From assembly GCF_009914755.1 (NCBI RefSeq), contig NC_060944.1: a stretch of 64,000 bases of DNA. One strand, written 5' to 3'. Shown in pieces: positions 60,086 through 64,000 of this stretch. Source of the DNA: the human T2T-CHM13v2.0 reference genome, Homo sapiens. Under the pieces are notes generated by a model. It was not told the origin of the DNA. It searched no databases and saw nothing but the letters and a program-made list of their open reading frames with translations. The first letter of the stretch is position 1, and each line of letters opens with the position of its first letter. The position numbers were made by a program, and so were the translations under genes.

Positions 60086-62471
60086 TAAACTGATGATATG
60101 ACTATTTAGAGTCGTAGGATTCAAAACTCAAAAGCACCAAAGGCAGAGAGTCTCCCTCCCACCCTATCCCCTTACTGTCCAGATCTTCTCCCTGGAAGCC
60201 ATTTAGGTACAAGGTTCTTGTGTTTTCTTACAGAGATGTTATACACATACAAAATCAAACGTGCACACACATGCATCCTCCCTTTTTCTTTTACAAATGG
60301 TAGCATAATATTCACACTCTGTTTTTTTGAATTCTTGTCTTGGAGAGCATTTGTGGCGGTATTGGTAGAGTGTTTGCATGGTCATTTGTTTGTCTTGACT
60401 GCATGGTATTGCATTGCATAAGGTACTGTTATTTATTTACCCAGTTCCCTATTGGGAACCATTTAGGTTATTTCACTTGAAGGTTTTAAGGTAACATTCT
60501 GATTTATATTTTAGAAAAATCTCTCTGGCTGCTGCCAGGAGGCTGCTGTGTAGGAGACTGAGCATGGAAGCCCCAGCCCAGCCCTGCCCAGTTAGGAAGC
60601 AACTATTGTATTCAGCAAACCCTGCTGGCTCTAACGAGAAGTATCATCCCGAGTGCATCACCATCACTTCTCACCTCCATGGCCTCTCATTATGCACTCT
60701 CTGCCTCTACTCTTGCCTTCCTGGAGCCGTTCTCCAGCCGTTAGCCAAATGGGTCTTTTCAAAGGTGAGTCAGCTCATGCCACTTCCCTGTTGAAAACGT
60801 CAATGTTTTCCCATCACAGCTCAGGTAATATTAAAATTATTTCCTGTGGCTTCCGACTACCGCCCGACCTCACTGGCGCCTCTCTCCCAGGTTCCCTGTG
60901 CTCCAGCCCCTCATCACCTGGGATGGGGTTGTCTGCACCGCTGTCCTTGTGCCTGATGTCCCCACACGCTCGCTCCTCCTCCACCTTCCGGTAGTCCCAG
61001 CTTGAAAGTTCTGACCTCATCCCCTTCCCCAACACACCCCTACTCCCTGTCACATCACTCGAATCTGCTGCCTACAATTGGTGGGAGTGAAACCACTTAG
61101 TTTGCCAACTTTGAAGGAATCCTGTGAAATGCTCAGGTAACTGGCACCAATTTCCCATTTGTTCCCTTGACATTTCAGTGCTGCTTATGGATTAGTGCTT
61201 TGGGCAGCTGCACAGATAACCCACCTTTTGATCTGGGTCCGCTTGGCACAAGATACAATAAATGTCATGATAAATGTCAGCCAGGATTACAATGCTTCCT
61301 TCACAAACCTTAGCACAGACGGTTTCAATAAAGATTGCTTGATTAACTTTTTTCTTCTAATTCAATGCCATTTTAATCATGTGCCTACTTTTTGCTTAAA
61401 AGGCCTGTGAATTTCATTCTGACAAATAAAATTATTTTCCAAAAATGTACACAATTGCTTTGGCGATGTTCAATTTTCATTTCTTTGCTTGGTAACAGTG
61501 CTTAGCATTTAGCTGAGACTTCTTTATGGAAACTCTGCCTCCAGGAGAAGTAGCTAAAAGTCTGAAAAGTAATATTTGATGTATCATAAGGGGATAGTTA
61601 TTAAATTCTTTTATTAAATTTAAGTTTTTATAAAACAGAACATCTTCAATGTGGAAGAGCTACATAGAATCACACTGAATGACTTTAAAGACATTTATTT
61701 CAAAGACTGCCATGTATCACACTGGTTAACAGTCACTCTGGATACAATTTTCTTTAAAGAGACCACTTCATTCCACTACAGCCACTTCAACTGCTTCCTC
61801 AATGGCTTAGAGAGGTCCAGGGGTTTTAGAGAGTCAGTGGGAAGTCATCCTAGAGATCATCAAAGTCTATCTTCCTCCTTTCTCAGAAAACAAATACCTG
61901 ATAGTGTTGGTGCTTCCTTTCTCGGAACAATTGTGTTCCCTGAATCATACACAGTGGATGTTTTATACACAAAATTGTATTCTGATTGCATATACATACT
62001 ATGCTAATGAATCACCCTCCAATCCATTTGTAGAGTGCTCTATCTGTAGAGTTATAGAAATATCAGTGTTCGCTCAAGATGGTCCATTGGGATGAGAAAA
62101 TATTAGGACTTATATTCATGGTTATGTTTATTTGAAACTAGGAGAGATACTAAGTTTTACTAGTGTTTGCTACATGGCCTGACCCCAAAGGCCACACTGG
62201 GTCATGTGTCATGGGTGGTAAGCATGGGGGCGTCAGAGTGGTAGCCCGTGGCTCTTTCACTGACTTCTTGGCCTTCGGTGTATTACCATGTGTTACAGTT
62301 TCCCTGCTAGAGGAGGTTATCAACTCATCAACAGGGCTCATTTGGCAAAACCGAGACCCCTAAATGATATGATTTTTACAATACTTTAAAAATTGGCTGT
62401 ATCTGTTTCCAGATTTTTTTCCCCTAAGCATCTACTAACAAATAGTTATATGTATTAGAAAACAAAAAGAG

Positions 62472-62787
<316 letters not shown>

Positions 62788-63387
62788 CTTCATAATCTAC
62801 ATACACCTCTTTTCTTCACTCAGCCATATGGTTTGGGCATCTTTTCATGTCACTATATTTAGCTCTACCTCATTTTTCCCTACCTTATTCTTTTAAATAT
62901 TTGCATAGAGTTCCGCAGTCATCCCTCTCATTACAAGGTTAGTTTGTTCCTAAGAAAATTCATAGGGTGAATTTTCATAAACGGAAAAGATAATTACTAT
63001 TTCAACCGATGGTACACAGTTACTGCACAATTTCAGAAACAAAATACACACATGATTCTCAAAGTCATAAAAATTTTTTTAAAAAGCAGTATAAGAGAGA
63101 CAAAGGAAACAATGCAAGTGATGCCTGAGTCTGTTACTTACAACCCGCACCAACTATGTCACCATAGAGAAGACCATGTGGAGGCTGCTCCAGAGGCTCA
63201 ATAGCAGTCTTTGCTAATGCAGTGAAATCCTCACAAGCCAAAGAAAAGAAATTTAATGGAAATTAAACTCCTTTTAAAGTCAAAGTCTTGAACTTGCATG
63301 GGCATATTTTAGGGTAAGACTCTTTCCCATAGTATGGATGCATTATAATTTATTTCCCAACTGTTCATTATATGGACATCTGGGTTC

Positions 63388-63774
63388 ATATTAATCTGCC
63401 AGGACTCCCATAACAAAATACCACAGACTGAGTGGCTTAAACAACAGAAATGTATTTTCTGACAGTTTCAGAAGCTGGAAATCCAAAATCAAGGTGTTGG
63501 CAGCTTGGTTTCTCCTGAGGCCTCTCTCCTTGGCTTGCAGATGGCAATCTTTTCAGTGTATCCCCACATGGTCTTTCCTCTGTGTGTGCACCCTGGGTGT
63601 CTCTCTTCTTAGAAGGATACTAGTCATATTGGATGAGGTCAATATGAGGTCATTACCCATATGACCTCATTCAACCTTAATTACCTCTTTAAAGACCTTA
63701 TCTCCAAATACAGTGGCATTCAAAATCATTAGGAGTTAAGATGAATTTTGGGGTGCACAATTCAGTCCATAACT
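63388..63774 (-). mobile_element. MLT1A/B-type solo LTR
   Basis: ccataacaaaataccacagactgagtggcttaaacaacagaaat...acaattcagtccataac. Confidence 0.88.
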
Positions 63775-64000
63775 CAGTTGTTTCTCATATTTTTCACCGA
63801 TATTCCTCACCTCACACACTCCTCAATCCATTCTAATCTCATTTCCACCCTCAGTGCTCCAATGGATACTTCCCTCCTCTGAGTGCTACCTGGTCAATTG
63901 TGATTGTTGCTCCCGTAAACAACTACAGTGTTCTCCTTCTTACTGGTTCCATGATGTTTATCATCCCCCCTGCCGCCGCCCAATCCATTCTCCCATAGAC

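Overview
Primate (most likely human) euchromatic DNA with no protein-coding exon that I can support. The first 8.6 kb looks like the end of a + strand Pol II gene: an intron, a strong 3' splice site at 3813-3814, and a ~4.75-kb Alu-free, non-coding terminal exon with tandem AATAAA signals (8341 and 8544). I recognise the exon start (GTCGATTCCTCGGGACCCACAG) from memory as the last, wholly 3'-UTR exon of STK35 (20p13); I could not verify this by search. The remaining ~55 kb is repeat-dense: about 25 Alus (many with readable target-site duplications), fragmented L1M/L1PA/L1PB, L2, MIR, MaLR/ERVL LTRs and DNA transposons (MER44, MER45A, MER58, MER5). Every ORF in the supplied track looks like a repeat-derived or chance frame. 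I find no evidence for a new multi-gene system. The observations most worth checking are: candidate downstream exons at ~32.8 kb and ~36.9 kb that could form an extended isoform; a nearly spacer-less inverted Alu pair at 54.3-54.8 kb; an ungapped 124-bp dispersed duplication at 24.0/24.9 kb; and miRNA seed sites linked to alternative polyadenylation in the 3' UTR. Repeat subfamily calls and the boundaries of old elements were made by eye and are approximate.
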